NCBI RefSeq assembly: GCF_016714285.1
Contig: NZ_JADJNN010000012.1
Span: 218,040-282,039 of the forward strand
Reading direction: 5' to 3'
Length of the DNA stretch: 64,000 nucleotides
From: Nannocystis sp.
Lineage (GTDB): Bacteria > Myxococcota_A > Polyangia > Nannocystales > Nannocystaceae
The notes beneath the pieces were generated by a model that ran no database searches, was not told the origin of the DNA, and saw only the letters and a program-made list of their open reading frames with translations. Numbering within the stretch: the first letter of the stretch is position 1; each line of letters opens with the position of its first letter. Of this stretch, positions 1 through 12,319 are shown one piece after another. The translations under genes and the position numbers were made by a program.

Positions 1-1345
1 GAAGTCGAGCGGCCACCTCGCCAACTTCTCGGACCCGCTGGTCGACTGCAAGGTCTGTGGCGAGCGCTTCCGGGCTGACAAGGCGCCGAAGCTGGCTGAA
101 GGCGCCGACGCCCCGATCACCCTCGCCGACAAGGGCCGCGCCAAGGCGGCCCTCGACAAGCTGGAGAGCCAGGGCGTCGCCCTGCGCCGCGACGGCGCCA
201 GCCTGCTCGGCGCCAAGGCCGGCCCCGCCGGCTACGTGTGCAGCAACTGCGGCTCGCCCTTCCTCAGCGAGGAGCGCCGCTTCAACCTCATGTTCCGCAC
301 CACCCTCGGCCCGGTCGACCCGATCGGCGACATCGTCGGCATGGTCCGCAGCGCCATCGCCGAGGGCGCCGACGACAAGCAGCTGCGCGCCCGCGTCGAG
401 GCCGCCATGGCCAGCAGCTCGGTCTACCTCCGCCCCGAGACCGCCCAGGCGATGTTCGTGCAATTCATGAACACCCAGCAGAGCACCGGCATCAAGGTGC
501 CCTTCGGCATCGCCCAGATGGGCAAGAGCTTCCGCAACGAGGTCACCGCCGAGCACTTCATCTTCCGCTCCTGCGAGTTCGAGCAGATGGAGTGCGAATA
601 CTTCGTGCCGCCCGGCGAGGGCCCGAAGTACCTCGAGTACTGGAAGGAGCAGCGCATGAAGTGGTGGCGCGGCCTCGGCATCGCCGCCGACAACCTGCGC
701 TTCCGGGCCCACGACGCCGACGAGCTCGCCCACTACAGCGACGGCTGCTTCGACGTCGAGTACCAGTTCCCGTGGGGCTGGGACGAGCTCGAGGGCATCG
801 CCAGCCGCACCGACTACGACCTCAAGGCCCACGCCGCCGGCAGCAACAAGAAGCTCACCTACTTTGACCCCGAGGCGATCGACCCCACGACCGGCAAGCC
901 CGGCTGGCACTACGTGCCGCACGTGGTCGAGCCCGCGGCCGGGGCCACCCGCGGCGTGCTCGCGGTGCTGTGCGACGCCTACGCCGAGGAGGCCGGCGAC
1001 GCCGAGGGCAAGGGGGCGCGCACCGTGCTGCGGCTGCACCCGCGCCTGGCCCCGATCAAGGCCGCGATCTTGCCGCTGGTCAAGCGCGACGGCATGCCAG
1101 AGATCGCCCGCCGCATCGCCGATCAGTTCTTCAGCGCCGGCGTCAACGCCAAGTACGACGAGCAGCACGCGATCGGCAAGCGCTACGCCCGGCACGACGA
1201 GATCGGCACGCCCTACTGCCTCACCGTCGACACCCAGACCCTCAGCGACGACACTGTCACGATCCGCCACCGCGACGATCGTCGCCAGGAGCGCATCAAG
1301 GTGCAGGAGGCCGTCGACGTGGTTCAGCGCGCCCTCAAGGCCTGA
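1..1345 (+). CDS. glyQS: glycyl-tRNA synthetase, dimeric class II type (5' end outside window)
   Basis: The frame is open from base 2 and translates to ...GHLANFSDPLVDCKVCGERFRADK... then CSNCGSP...FRNE...FEQMECEYF...; the C-terminal anticodon-binding region reads through to the stop at 1345. These are hallmark GlyRS (alpha2) motifs. Confidence 0.9.
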   Translation, partial: KSSGHLANFSDPLVDCKVCGERFRADKAPKLAEGADAPITLADKGRAKAALDKLESQGVALRRDGASLLGAKAGPAGYVCSNCGSPFLSEERRFNLMFRTTLGPVDPIGDIVGMVRSAIAEGADDKQLRARVEAAMASSSVYLRPETAQAMFVQFMNTQQSTGIKVPFGIAQMGKSFRNEVTAEHFIFRSCEFEQMECEYFVPPGEGPKYLEYWKEQRMKWWRGLGIAADNLRFRAHDADELAHYSDGCFDVEYQFPWGWDELEGIASRTDYDLKAHAAGSNKKLTYFDPEAIDPTTGKPGWHYVPHVVEPAAGATRGVLAVLCDAYAEEAGDAEGKGARTVLRLHPRLAPIKAAILPLVKRDGMPEIARRIADQFFSAGVNAKYDEQHAIGKRYARHDEIGTPYCLTVDTQTLSDDTVTIRHRDDRRQERIKVQEAVDVVQRALKA

Positions 1346-1379
1346 ATCTCCGCGATCGCCCATCAACCAGGAGCCCCGT

Positions 1380-1667
1380 ATGTCCGCCACTCAGCCCCGC
1401 ATCGTCCACTGCAAGAAGCTCGGCAAGGACCTGCCGGGCCTGCCCTTCAAGCCCTTCCCCAACGAGCTCGGTCAGCTCATCTTCGACAACATCAGCCGCG
1501 AGGCGTGGCAGATGTGGCTCAAGGAGTCGCCGCGCTATATCAACACCTACCGCCTCGACCTGCAGTCGAAGGACGGCCGCGACTTCCTCGAGAAGCAGAT
1601 GAAGATCTTCTTCGGTTTCGAGGCTGGCGAGCTCGCCGACACGGCGTATACGCCCCGCGAGGGCTGA
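1380..1667 (+). CDS. yggX: YggX-family Fe(2+)-trafficking / oxidative-damage protection protein
   Basis: 96 aa: MSATQPRIVHCKKLGKDLPGLPFKPFPNELGQLIFDNISREAWQMW.... AGGAG RBS about 8 nt upstream; small-protein length and motif match YggX. Confidence 0.8.
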   Translation: MSATQPRIVHCKKLGKDLPGLPFKPFPNELGQLIFDNISREAWQMWLKESPRYINTYRLDLQSKDGRDFLEKQMKIFFGFEAGELADTAYTPREG

Positions 1668-1864
1668 GCCGCGGCGAGCGAGGACTCGCGCCTCAAGCGA
1701 AACTGCGTAAGCGCCCGCGAGGGATGATCAGCGAGCAAGACTTGCGGCTCAGGTGGTGACGCGGGGGCGCAAGCGCGCAGCGGTCTTCGTACGGCCGTTC
1801 TTGCGTCCGCGGTCGCCGGCGGCCTACGATGCGTGGCCTCTCCGTGAGGCCAGGACTAATTGAC

Positions 1865-3639
1865 ATGATCACCGCAGGTCAAGTGAGCAAATATCGTTTG
1901 TTCTTCCGTCGCCGCACCGCGGCCCTTTGCTTGCCCCTCGGCCTGCTCCTCGGGTCCACGCTCGCGAGCGGCTGCCAGAAGGTCTGCAACGACGACGGCT
2001 TCGCCTGGCAGCAAGATCCGAGCTGTCTCGCGGGGCTGACGGCCACCGAGACCGCGAGCGAGACCGACACCGACGATCCCAGCGCGACCGACAGCGCGAC
2101 CGACTCGCCGACCAGCTCGGGCGGCGGCGGGCAGTGGTGTGTCGACGCCGACGGCGACATGTACGGCGATCCCGATCAATGCACCGACGTGCCCCCGGGC
2201 GGCACGCCGCCGGACGGCACGGTCAACAACGACGACGATTGCGACGACGGCAGCGACACCACGTATCCGGGGGCCGCGCCGCTCGACAGTCCGACCGCCT
2301 GCATGGCCGACGTCGACGGTGACGACTACGGCGACGTCGATCCGCGCCCGGGCAGGGCGGCGGCGGCGGTGCGGTGCCGGGCAGCGACTGCGACGACACC
2401 AGCGCCAACACCTTCCCCGGCGCCGCGCCCAAGGACGACCCTGACGCCTGCATGAAGGACGAGGACGGCGACGACTGGGGCGACAAGGATCCCCCCGGTG
2501 GCGGCGGCCCCAACGAGCCCCAGCCGGGCACCGACTGCGACGATACCAACCCCAACGCCTTCGCCATGTGCGGCGCCTGCAACGACGTCGACGGCGACGG
2601 CTGGCTGGTCGACTGCGACTCCTATCCGCCGGGTATGCCCGGCCCCGACTGCGACGACAGCGATCCGAACACCTTCCCGGGCGCCGCGCCGAACGACGAC
2701 CCGAAGGCGTGCATGACCGACAAGGACGGCGACGACTGGGGCGACGACATGCCCACCAGCCCCGACGCCGTGCCCGGCACCGACTGCGACGATGACGACG
2801 AGAACACCTCGCCCGGAGCTGCGCCGAAGGACGACCCGGACGCGTGCATGACCGACAAGGACGGCGACGATCGCGGCGACGCCAAGCCGCCGGGCGGCAA
2901 GCCTGGCGTCGTCGCCGGCAGCGATTGCTACGACGATAACCCTTCGCTCAACCCCGACAACAATGTCCTGCTGACCGCCGAGATCACCAGCGGCAAGCTG
3001 CTCGAGGTCGACATCGCCACCGGCGACATGACCGAATACGCCGCGGTCGACGTGAAGGACTTTAACCCGTGGATCCCCACCAGTATCGCCGTCAGCCCGC
3101 TCGACGGGACGGTCTACGCCGCGCTCGCGTTCCGCGATCGCCTGGTGACGATGAACTACTGCGGCGCGGGCGTACCGACGGCGCTGCCGATGGCCCACAA
3201 GAAGAACATCTGCGGCATCGGCTTCGACCGCGCGGGCGTCCTCTACGGCATCGACGGCCAGGTCGACCAGTTCCTCACCTTCAACGCCGACGGCTCGCTC
3301 AAGCCGACCTTGCCGCTCACCTTCGAGGGCAAGCTGCTGAACGTCGCTGACTGCGGCATGGCCTTTGATTGCCACGAGGACCGCCTGCTCGTCTCCGACT
3401 CCGGCTCCGGCGGTATCTACGTGGTCAACCCGGCCGATGGCTCCACCACCCGCGTCGCCGACCTCCCGAACGAGGTGTTCGGCAGCGGCCTCGAGTACGA
3501 TCCCACCACCAAGCTCGCGCTCTCGTGCGACCAGAACTCGCTGCTGTCGATCGCTATCGACGGCAGCAACGACTTCACCCAGCTCCCCGACCTCGCCGCC
3601 CCGGCCGACGACCTCGGCTTCGGCCCGAAGTGCAACTAG
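1865..3639 (+). CDS. lipoprotein with about 7 MopE-like putative metal-binding repeats (DCDDxxxNxFPGAAPxDDPxACMxDxDGDDWGD) and a C-terminal beta-propeller-like domain; apparent frameshift near 2350
   Basis: Lipobox LASGC follows the signal peptide. The repeat consensus recurs about every 33 aa. Reading switches from frame 2 (1829..2455) to frame 1 (2374..3639) inside a GGC/GCG run at about 2351-2370, with repeat units on both sides, so this is one gene. Confidence 0.6.
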
Positions 3640-3670
3640 TCCCCAACGGCTCTCACACGGATCGACGATC

Positions 3671-5269
<1,599 letters not shown>

Positions 5270-5299
5270 GCGGGCGCGGCTGCCCGCGAGGGCAGGGCG

Positions 5300-6013
5300 C
5301 TAGATCGTGGCAGCGGCGGCGCGCAGGGCCGCCGCTGCGTCGTCGCGGACCATGCGGTCGTGCGAGACGATCATGCGCCGCAGCGCCGGGGTGTCGGCGA
5401 GGCGCAGGAGGTGCTCGCGGAACCGTCGGCGGTCCTTCACCACGAACAGCTTGACGATCCTGGAGATGCGCGGGCCGCCGGTGGACTGGGTGATGTTGCG
5501 CAGGATCCATCCGGTGAGGCCCTTCACGTCGGGCATGTTGAAGACCGCGTCGTTGAACACCAGGGTGACGCCGTCGGGCGAGCGCACGATCATGACGCCC
5601 TCCTGCTCGCCGACGCCGTCGAGGGTCTCGAAGGCGACGTCGCGGTCGACCGGGAAATCTGCGTAGTTGCCATCGACCGCGACCACCTCGGCGACCTTCT
5701 TGGTGGCGCCGGCCGGGCACAGCACCCGCGCCTGCGGGTAGCGGTCCTTGAAGACCCTGGCGTCGAGGCGGTGGTACCCATTGGGCACCACCAGCCAGGC
5801 CACGGGGCCCCAGGCGTCGATCTTCGCCATCGATTCGTCGTCGAGGGCGATCGCGTTGTGGACCACCAGTTGGCCGTCGCTGCGGCGGGCGATCGTCATC
5901 ACCCGCTTGAGCGGCATGGTCTCCAGCTTGCCCTCGACGCGCCAGAGGTTGTCCGCGACGACCTCGATCGGGCGGTGGGGGAGGACCTTCCAGCTGTCGT
6001 GCGCCTTCGCCAT
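5300..6013 (-). CDS. hypothetical protein (DUF4336-like, MBL-fold-like)
   Basis: 237-aa ORF with balanced composition (W, F, Y, D, E, K present). The overlapping plus-strand ORF is Arg/Gly-rich antisense junk. Family assignment is tentative. Confidence 0.55.
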   Translation of the reverse strand: MAKAHDSWKVLPHRPIEVVADNLWRVEGKLETMPLKRVMTIARRSDGQLVVHNAIALDDESMAKIDAWGPVAWLVVPNGYHRLDARVFKDRYPQARVLCPAGATKKVAEVVAVDGNYADFPVDRDVAFETLDGVGEQEGVMIVRSPDGVTLVFNDAVFNMPDVKGLTGWILRNITQSTGGPRISRIVKLFVVKDRRRFREHLLRLADTPALRRMIVSHDRMVRDDAAAALRAAAATI

Positions 6014-6050
6014 GGCGCTGGTATGCCGCAGTCGCGCGCGGCCGACAAGC

Positions 6051-7211
6051 TCAGCGCGGGGCGTAGGCGGCGGCCGGGACGCGGACCTCGCGGCCCACCT
6101 CGAATCGCCGCGCCCGCAGCACCAGCGGCGTCATGAGCAGGCCGAACACGAATCCGCCGAGGTGGGCGAACCACGCGAACTGCACCTTGGTGGTGAAGAA
6201 GCCCATGACCAGCTGCAGTCCGACCCAGGCCCCGAGGTACAGCCAGGCTGGGATCTTGAGCTGCACGAAGAAGATCGTCTGGAACAGCTTGGCCCGCGGG
6301 AAGCTCCACAGGTATGCCGCCATGACCCCGGCGATCGAGCCCGAGGCGCCGACCACCGGCGTGGCCGTGGCGTAGCTGAGCAGCACGTGCAGCGCCCCGC
6401 CGGCCACGCCGGCCCCGATGAACAGCAGGGCGAAGCGCCAGCGCCCGAACAGGTGCTCGATGTTGTCGCCGAAGATGTAGAGAAAGTAGGCGTTGAACAG
6501 GACGTGGTACCAGCTGCCGTGCAGGAACTGGTGGGTGACGAGGGTGTGGACCGAATCGTCGTAGTCGCGGACGATCTTGCCGGAGATGACGGCCCAATCG
6601 CGGTAGAAGAGGAAGCCCTGGACCTCGGCGAAGAACAGCAGGAGAAAGCCGCCGAGCAGGAGATACACCAGCCAGGGGGTGCCGCGCGCCGGGTTGTCGA
6701 CCTCGACCGGGAGCTGGGTGACGATCTGCGCGACCCAGATGACGCCGCGCCGCACCAGCTTCTCCTTGAGCGCCTGCTGGCCCTCCGTGGTCGTCCGCAC
6801 CGCGAGCTTGCGCCGCTCCTCGCCGTCGAGCCAGATGCCGGCGCAGCGCGAACAGCACTCGATCGGGGTCTTGAGCAATCCGGGCAGCTGATGCTCGTAC
6901 ATCGGCCCGTGGCCGCGCGGGCACACGCGGGTCGATCGCCGGGCCTCCATGCCCGCGAGCCGCACCGAGTCGACGGCGCCGTCGCCGAGGACATCGAACT
7001 CGCCGCGGTCGAACCACGCGCCGAAGCAGACCGGGCAGGTGTCGAGTACGACGTGCTGGGCGGCCGTCGGGTCGGGCTCATCCACCTGGCGCCAGCGACC
7101 ATTGGCGAGCTGCGCCAGCGTCACTGGCACGAGCGCGTGCAGGCCACACGCGGGGCATTGCGCGTCGACGGGCGCCTGCGGGGCGTCGCTGGTATCCACT
7201 GCGCGATCCAT
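6051..7211 (-). CDS. rhomboid-family intramembrane serine protease with two N-terminal CxxC zinc-ribbon modules
   Basis: GASGSIAG (GxSG) and AHLGGF catalytic His motifs in a multi-TM C-terminal domain; N-terminal CPAC...CPVC and CPRGH...CSRC ribbons. Confidence 0.85.
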   Translation of the reverse strand: MDRAVDTSDAPQAPVDAQCPACGLHALVPVTLAQLANGRWRQVDEPDPTAAQHVVLDTCPVCFGAWFDRGEFDVLGDGAVDSVRLAGMEARRSTRVCPRGHGPMYEHQLPGLLKTPIECCSRCAGIWLDGEERRKLAVRTTTEGQQALKEKLVRRGVIWVAQIVTQLPVEVDNPARGTPWLVYLLLGGFLLLFFAEVQGFLFYRDWAVISGKIVRDYDDSVHTLVTHQFLHGSWYHVLFNAYFLYIFGDNIEHLFGRWRFALLFIGAGVAGGALHVLLSYATATPVVGASGSIAGVMAAYLWSFPRAKLFQTIFFVQLKIPAWLYLGAWVGLQLVMGFFTTKVQFAWFAHLGGFVFGLLMTPLVLRARRFEVGREVRVPAAAYAPR

Positions 7212-7335
7212 GGCCAGTAGGCTCTCGGGGCGAAAACGCCGCTGTCCAACGAGAGGAAGCGCAGCGTATCATTTCGCGGCGGGCCTGAACACGCGGGCCC
7301 GCGGCGACGTACCGGTGCGAGTCGGAGGGGAATGT

Positions 7336-7833
7336 ATGGCGAGAGCGAGCATGTGGATATTCGTGGTGGCTGGGATGATGACGGCGACGGCGTGCGGCTG
7401 GAAGCCCGCTGAACCGGCGGGCGAGCGCGGGCGAAAGGCCAGCATGGCGAGCATCGCCAGCTTCGACCCCAACGAGGACATCCAGTTCGACCTCGAGGCC
7501 TACGGTTCAGACAGACCGGACCAGTACGCGATCGAGCAGGCCTTCGCGACCCGCTACGGCGCGTTCGATGACTGTGTCGCCGCCGAGAAGAAGCGCCGGC
7601 ACAAGGACGCCCAGCTGCCCGGCGACGTGGCGATGGCGATCAAGCTGAACCCGAAGAGCAACAAGCCCTTCGCGGTCAACGCCGAGCTCGACCCCGGCGC
7701 CGAGAGCAAGAAGCTCAACGACTGCCTGCGCGACGCGGCCGCGGCCGCGACCTACCCGGAGTACGATGGCCCGCCGGTGCAGGTGAAGTTCAGCTTCGAG
7801 CTCGATCCGGGATCGGTCGAGGTCGAGGAGTAG
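7336..7833 (+). CDS. hypothetical secreted or lipoprotein
   Basis: GGAGGGG RBS 5 nt upstream of ATG 7336. Signal-like N-terminus MARASMWIFVVAGMMTATACGW; charged mature region. Confidence 0.55.
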   Translation: MARASMWIFVVAGMMTATACGWKPAEPAGERGRKASMASIASFDPNEDIQFDLEAYGSDRPDQYAIEQAFATRYGAFDDCVAAEKKRRHKDAQLPGDVAMAIKLNPKSNKPFAVNAELDPGAESKKLNDCLRDAAAAATYPEYDGPPVQVKFSFELDPGSVEVEE

Positions 7834-7856
7834 CGCCGCCCGCCACGCGCGGACGA

Positions 7857-7892
7857 AGCAAGGACCTGGCCCCAAGGCCAGGTCCTTTTGCT
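7857..7892. terminator. bidirectional rho-independent terminator hairpin between convergent genes
   Basis: gcaAGGACCTGGCC-ccaa-GGCCAGGTCCTtttg: a perfect 11-12 bp stem with a 4-nt loop and a T-run on the plus side (A-run on minus). Confidence 0.5.
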
Positions 7893-7922
7893 CGTCGCCC
7901 ACACGTCGGCTGGCGTCAGGCC

Positions 7923-9236
7923 TCAGCGGCCGATGCCGCTGTAGAAGAAGCCGAGGCCCTCGAGCAGCACGCGGTCCCACTGGTTGCGGCCGTCGAACAG
8001 CGAGGGGCGGGCCATGGTCCGCTTGAGGCGCTCGAAGTCCGGGCTCCGGTACTCGCGCCACTCGGTGACGAGGAGCAGGGCGTGCGCGCCCTCGGCGGCC
8101 TCGTAGGGGTCGTCGACGAGGGTGCAGGACGGGGCGACGCTGTCGCCGAGGGCGGCGAGGAAGTTCGGGCCGGCCTCGGGGTCGTGCATCTTGATCTTCG
8201 CGCCGTCGGCGACCAGGGTGCGGATGATCTTGAGGGCGGGCGCCTCGCGGATGTCGTCGGTGTTGGGCTTGAAGGCCAGGCCCCACACGCCGAAGGTCTT
8301 GCCGGCGATGTCGTTGTCGAAGTGCTTGCGCAGCTTGCGGACCAGCACGAGCTTCTGCGCCTCGTTGATGCGCTCGGCGCTGGCGACGATCTCGAGGGTG
8401 TGGCCGTACTCGCGGGCGGTCGTGAGGATCGCGCGGATGTCCTTGGGGAAGCAGGAGCCGCCGTAGCCGACGCCGGGGAACAGGAACTTGGGGCCGATCC
8501 GCGGGTCGCTGCCCATGCCGCGGCGCACCATCTCGATGTCCGCGCCGACGCTGTCGGCGAGGTTGGCCATGTCGTTCATGAAGGAGATGCGGGTCGCCAG
8601 GTAGGCGTTGCAGGCGTACTTGGTGAGCTCGGCCGAGCGCGCGTCCATGAAGATCATGCGATCGTTGGTGCGACAGAACGGCTGGTAGAGCCGGTGCAGG
8701 GTCTGCCGCGCGGCGTCGTCGCTGGTGCCGATGATGATGCGGTCCGGGTGCATGAAGTCGTCGACCGCGGCGCCCTCCTTGAGGAACTCGGGGTTGGAGA
8801 CGACGACGAAGGGCTGCTTGGTCTGCTCGCTGAGGATCCGGGTGATGCGCTCCGCGGTGCCGACCGGCACGGTGCTCTTGTCGACGATGATCGCCGGACG
8901 CTCGAGGTGCCGGCCGACCTCGGCCGCGGCCTGGAACAGGAAGGAGAGGTCGGCGGCGCCGTCGGAGCCGAGCGTGGGGGTGCCCACCGCCATGAAGATG
9001 ATGTCGCCGTGGCGGGCGGCCTCGGCGTTGCTGGTGGTGAAGCGCAGGCGCCCGGCGGCGACGTTGTGCTCGACCAGCGGCTGCAAGCCGGGTTCAAAAA
9101 TGGGCAGCTTGCCGGCCCGGATCGACTCGATCTTGCCGGCGTCGATGTCCGCACAGAGCACGTCGTTGCCGAAGTCGGCGAACACGGCGGCCGCAACGAG
9201 GCCGACGTAACCGGTACCGATGACGCTGATCTTCAT
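7923..9236 (-). CDS. ugd: UDP-glucose 6-dehydrogenase
   Basis: MKISVIGTGYVGLV Rossmann N-terminus, ...GGSCFPKD catalytic Cys motif, about 437 aa. Confidence 0.9.
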   Translation of the reverse strand: MKISVIGTGYVGLVAAAVFADFGNDVLCADIDAGKIESIRAGKLPIFEPGLQPLVEHNVAAGRLRFTTSNAEAARHGDIIFMAVGTPTLGSDGAADLSFLFQAAAEVGRHLERPAIIVDKSTVPVGTAERITRILSEQTKQPFVVVSNPEFLKEGAAVDDFMHPDRIIIGTSDDAARQTLHRLYQPFCRTNDRMIFMDARSAELTKYACNAYLATRISFMNDMANLADSVGADIEMVRRGMGSDPRIGPKFLFPGVGYGGSCFPKDIRAILTTAREYGHTLEIVASAERINEAQKLVLVRKLRKHFDNDIAGKTFGVWGLAFKPNTDDIREAPALKIIRTLVADGAKIKMHDPEAGPNFLAALGDSVAPSCTLVDDPYEAAEGAHALLLVTEWREYRSPDFERLKRTMARPSLFDGRNQWDRVLLEGLGFFYSGIGR

Positions 9237-9409
9237 AAGGCGGCGAGGATACTGCATCGCAGTCGGGTCTGCTACGATGCCGGCCGCGGTTCGCGGGGCT
9301 TTTCTCGCCCGCAGAGGTGCGTGTGGATCGACCACCAGGCGATGCAGACAACCCGGCACGGGCCGCGGAGGAGCCGACGATCGCCGAGTCGCGGCTCACC
9401 CGTGTGGCG

Positions 9410-11283
9410 ATGCTGCTGCCGGTGATCGGCGCCCCGGCGGGGCTGCTGTTCGCGATCCTCGCCAGCCTGATGATCTCCGGCTGGCACGTGCAGCACTCGG
9501 CGATCGTCCAGGTCGACACGCAGTGGCGGGCCGGCGAGCAGCTCGCGCTGCGCGTGCATGTGCAAGACGGCGAGGGCGCGGGGATGCCCGACGCCGCGGT
9601 GACCGCGACGCTGCGCCGCGGCGAGCAGTCGGCCCCGCTGGCCGAGGCGACGGACGCGACGGGTGGGGGCTCGACCCAGGCCACGCTGCGGGTGCCGGAC
9701 TGGGACGCGGGCCCGGCCGAGCTCGTGCTCGACATCGCCGGCGGCGGCCAGCGCTTCCGCGAGACGGTGCCGGTGACGCTCGCGTCGGTCCGGGAGGCCC
9801 GCCGCGGCACCGTCACGATCTCCACCTCGGTGAAGAACTGGTCCGACGACACGGAGCCGCAGCCGGAGCGCCTGCGCATCGCCCTGCGTCCGCTCGGTCG
9901 CATCGCCGCTGGCTTCGACAACACGCTGCTGGTCCGCGTCACGGACCTCGAGGGCGCGCCGCACGTCGGCCCGATCGAGGTGCTGCTGCTCGACGGCGAG
10001 TTCGGGCACAAGCCCGACGGCGCGACCACGGGCCCGCGGGTGATCGCCGGCGGACACACCGATGCGCAGGGCCTGCTGCGCTTCGACGGGCCGCTGAGCA
10101 CCGATGTCGTGCGCTTCGAGGTCCGCGTGCTGGCGCCGCCGGTGATCGTCGGGCCGGTCACCGGCGGGTGCTCGAAGTGCGCGGCCGCAGCTGCGGCTGC
10201 GGCCGCGACGGGTGTGGCACCCGCGTTGATCGTGACGAACGCGGCAGGCACCGTGGCCCCGGGCACGACGGCGGGCACGACGGCAGGCACGACAGCGGGC
10301 ACGACGGCGGCGGGCACGACGGCAGGCACGACAGCGGGCACGACGGCGCCGGGCACGACGGCGGGCACGACGGGCACGCGGCGGGCACGACGGCGCCGGG
10401 CAGCGTTGCGCCGGGCAGCATGGCGGTGGCTGAGCCGCTCGGTACGCGGAAGTTTCGTCTCGTCAGCTTCGCGGGCGCGGTGCGGGTCAGCGCGGAGCCG
10501 CTGGCCGTGCGCGCCGGCGCCTCGCTGCAGATCAACGCGCGCGCGCTGCGGGCCAAGAAGCCGGTGTTCGTCGACTTGCACGGCCCGGACGGCGCGTGGG
10601 TCGACACGCTGGCGCCGGTCACGGGCCCCGAGCCGCCGCGCGAGTGGTCGACCGCCGGGCTGGCGCCGGGCTTCCTGCAGATCGAGGCCTACCAGTTCAC
10701 GACTTCGCCGGGGGAGTCGGCGGCGCTGGTGCGGGTGCAGATCACCGAGGGCGAGCCCGACACCGACGCGGCCCTCACCCCGCTGTTCGAGCAGCAGCGG
10801 GCGCTGATGTCGGTGGGTCGGGTGGAGAAGGGCTTCGACCGCGAGTTGGAGCGCAAGTATCTCGACGCGATCGAGCGGACCGTGATCCCCTCGCTCGAGG
10901 TGCCGATGGCCCGCGCCTGGTTGCTCGGCACTTTGCCGGTCGAGGTGCTCGGGCCGCCGCTGGCGCTCAGCAGCTTGCCGCGCGAGCAGGCCGATCTGGC
11001 GGCCCGCAAGCAGCGCTGGGCCAGCGGCCTGCGCTGGTTCCTGCTCGGGGGCGGCGGGGTGTTCTTGCTGGCGACCCTGCTGCTGATCGTCCTCAGCCAC
11101 CGGCGGGCGGCGGCGCGGCTCACCCGTGAGATCCACGGACAGGCGGCGGCGGCGGAGATCGCCCGCGAGATCGGGCAGGCGCAGCGGGCCGTGCTGCTGC
11201 GGGCGGTCGCTCTGGTGGTCACGATGGCGCTCGGGCTGGTCCTGATGGTCGTCGTGCTCGACAAGCTGCTGTGGAACGCGTGA
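9410..11283 (+). CDS. membrane protein with N-terminal TM helix, large extracytoplasmic region, (GTTA)n low-complexity linker and two C-terminal TM helices; frameshift inside the 12-nt tandem repeat at about 10385
   Basis: Frame 2 (9317..10807) carries the N-terminal 360 aa and frame 1 (9220..11283) the C-terminal 300 aa. They join inside ggcacgacggcg repeats, where one unit reads ggcacgCggcg (one base missing). The start could also be GTG 9323. Confidence 0.5.
10255..10400. repeat. 12-nt tandem repeat (ggcacgacggcg)n encoding (GTTA)n
   Basis: About 12 consecutive units, seen directly. One unit has a 1-nt deletion that causes the frameshift above. Confidence 0.8.
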
Positions 11284-11350
11284 GCGCGGCAAAGTGGGAG
11301 CGGCCCGGGGCCTCGAGGTATGTAGCGGCGTGACGCGAACTCCGAGGGCG

Positions 11351-12319
11351 ATGATCATGGCCGCCGGCTTCGGCACGCGGCTCGGCGAGCTGAGCGAGCT
11401 GCGACCCAAGCCGATGCTGCCGGTCTGCGGCGCGCCGCTGGTCCGCTGGGCGGCGCTGTGGCTGCGCGCGCAGGGGATCCGCGAGATCGTGATCAACCTG
11501 CACCACCGCGGCGAGCAGATCGAGGCCGAGCTCGGCGACGGCAGCGAGCTCGGCCTGGCGATCGCCTACTCGCGCGAGGACGGCGAGATCCTCGGCACGG
11601 GCGGCGGCCTGCGCCAGGCCAGGCCGCTGCTCGACGACGGCCACGGCACCCCGATCGTGGCGATGAACGGCAAGATCATCCTCGACCAGGCGCTCGCGCC
11701 GGTGCTCGCGCTGCACCACGCGCTCGCGGCCGAGGCGACCATGCTGCTGCGCCCCGACCCCGAGGCCGAGCGCTGGGGCAGCCTGCGCGTCGACCCCGAG
11801 GGCCGCGTGACGCACCTGCTCGGAAAGTCAGGTCCCAAAGACCAGGTCGGCGGCGCGGCGCTGATGTTCACCGGCGTGCAGGTGCTGGCGCCGCGCTTCC
11901 TCGATCGCATCCCGGCGAGCGGTCAGCAGTGCATCGTGCGCACGGCGTACAGCCAGCTGCACGCCGAGGGCGGCGCCTTCGCCGGCTTCGTCACCGACGA
12001 CTACTGGTGGGAGCACTCGACCCGCGAGCGCTACCTGCAGGGCGTCGCCAACGTGATCGAGGGCCGGGCCCGCGTCGCCCACGCCCCGGGCCCGGTGCGC
12101 GGCGTCGGTGCGAGCGCGCAGATCGACGCGACGGCGCGGGTCGACCCGATGACGTGGATCGGCCCGGGCGTGCGCGTGGGCGCGGGCGCCGAGATCGGTC
12201 CCCGCGTCCAGCTCGGCGCCGGTGTCGTCGTCGACCCCGGCGTCCGCCTACGCGACGCGATCGTGTGGGACGACGCGCACGTCACCCGCGACCTCGAGCA
12301 CGAGGTGCTGGCCCGCTGA
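11351..12319 (+). CDS. sugar-1-phosphate nucleotidyltransferase (NDP-sugar pyrophosphorylase, mannose-1-P guanylyltransferase-like) with C-terminal left-handed beta-helix
   Basis: MIMAAGFGTRLGELS...KPMLPV...GTGG motif of the NTP_transferase family; hexapeptide-like C-terminus. Confidence 0.8.
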   Translation: MIMAAGFGTRLGELSELRPKPMLPVCGAPLVRWAALWLRAQGIREIVINLHHRGEQIEAELGDGSELGLAIAYSREDGEILGTGGGLRQARPLLDDGHGTPIVAMNGKIILDQALAPVLALHHALAAEATMLLRPDPEAERWGSLRVDPEGRVTHLLGKSGPKDQVGGAALMFTGVQVLAPRFLDRIPASGQQCIVRTAYSQLHAEGGAFAGFVTDDYWWEHSTRERYLQGVANVIEGRARVAHAPGPVRGVGASAQIDATARVDPMTWIGPGVRVGAGAEIGPRVQLGAGVVVDPGVRLRDAIVWDDAHVTRDLEHEVLAR

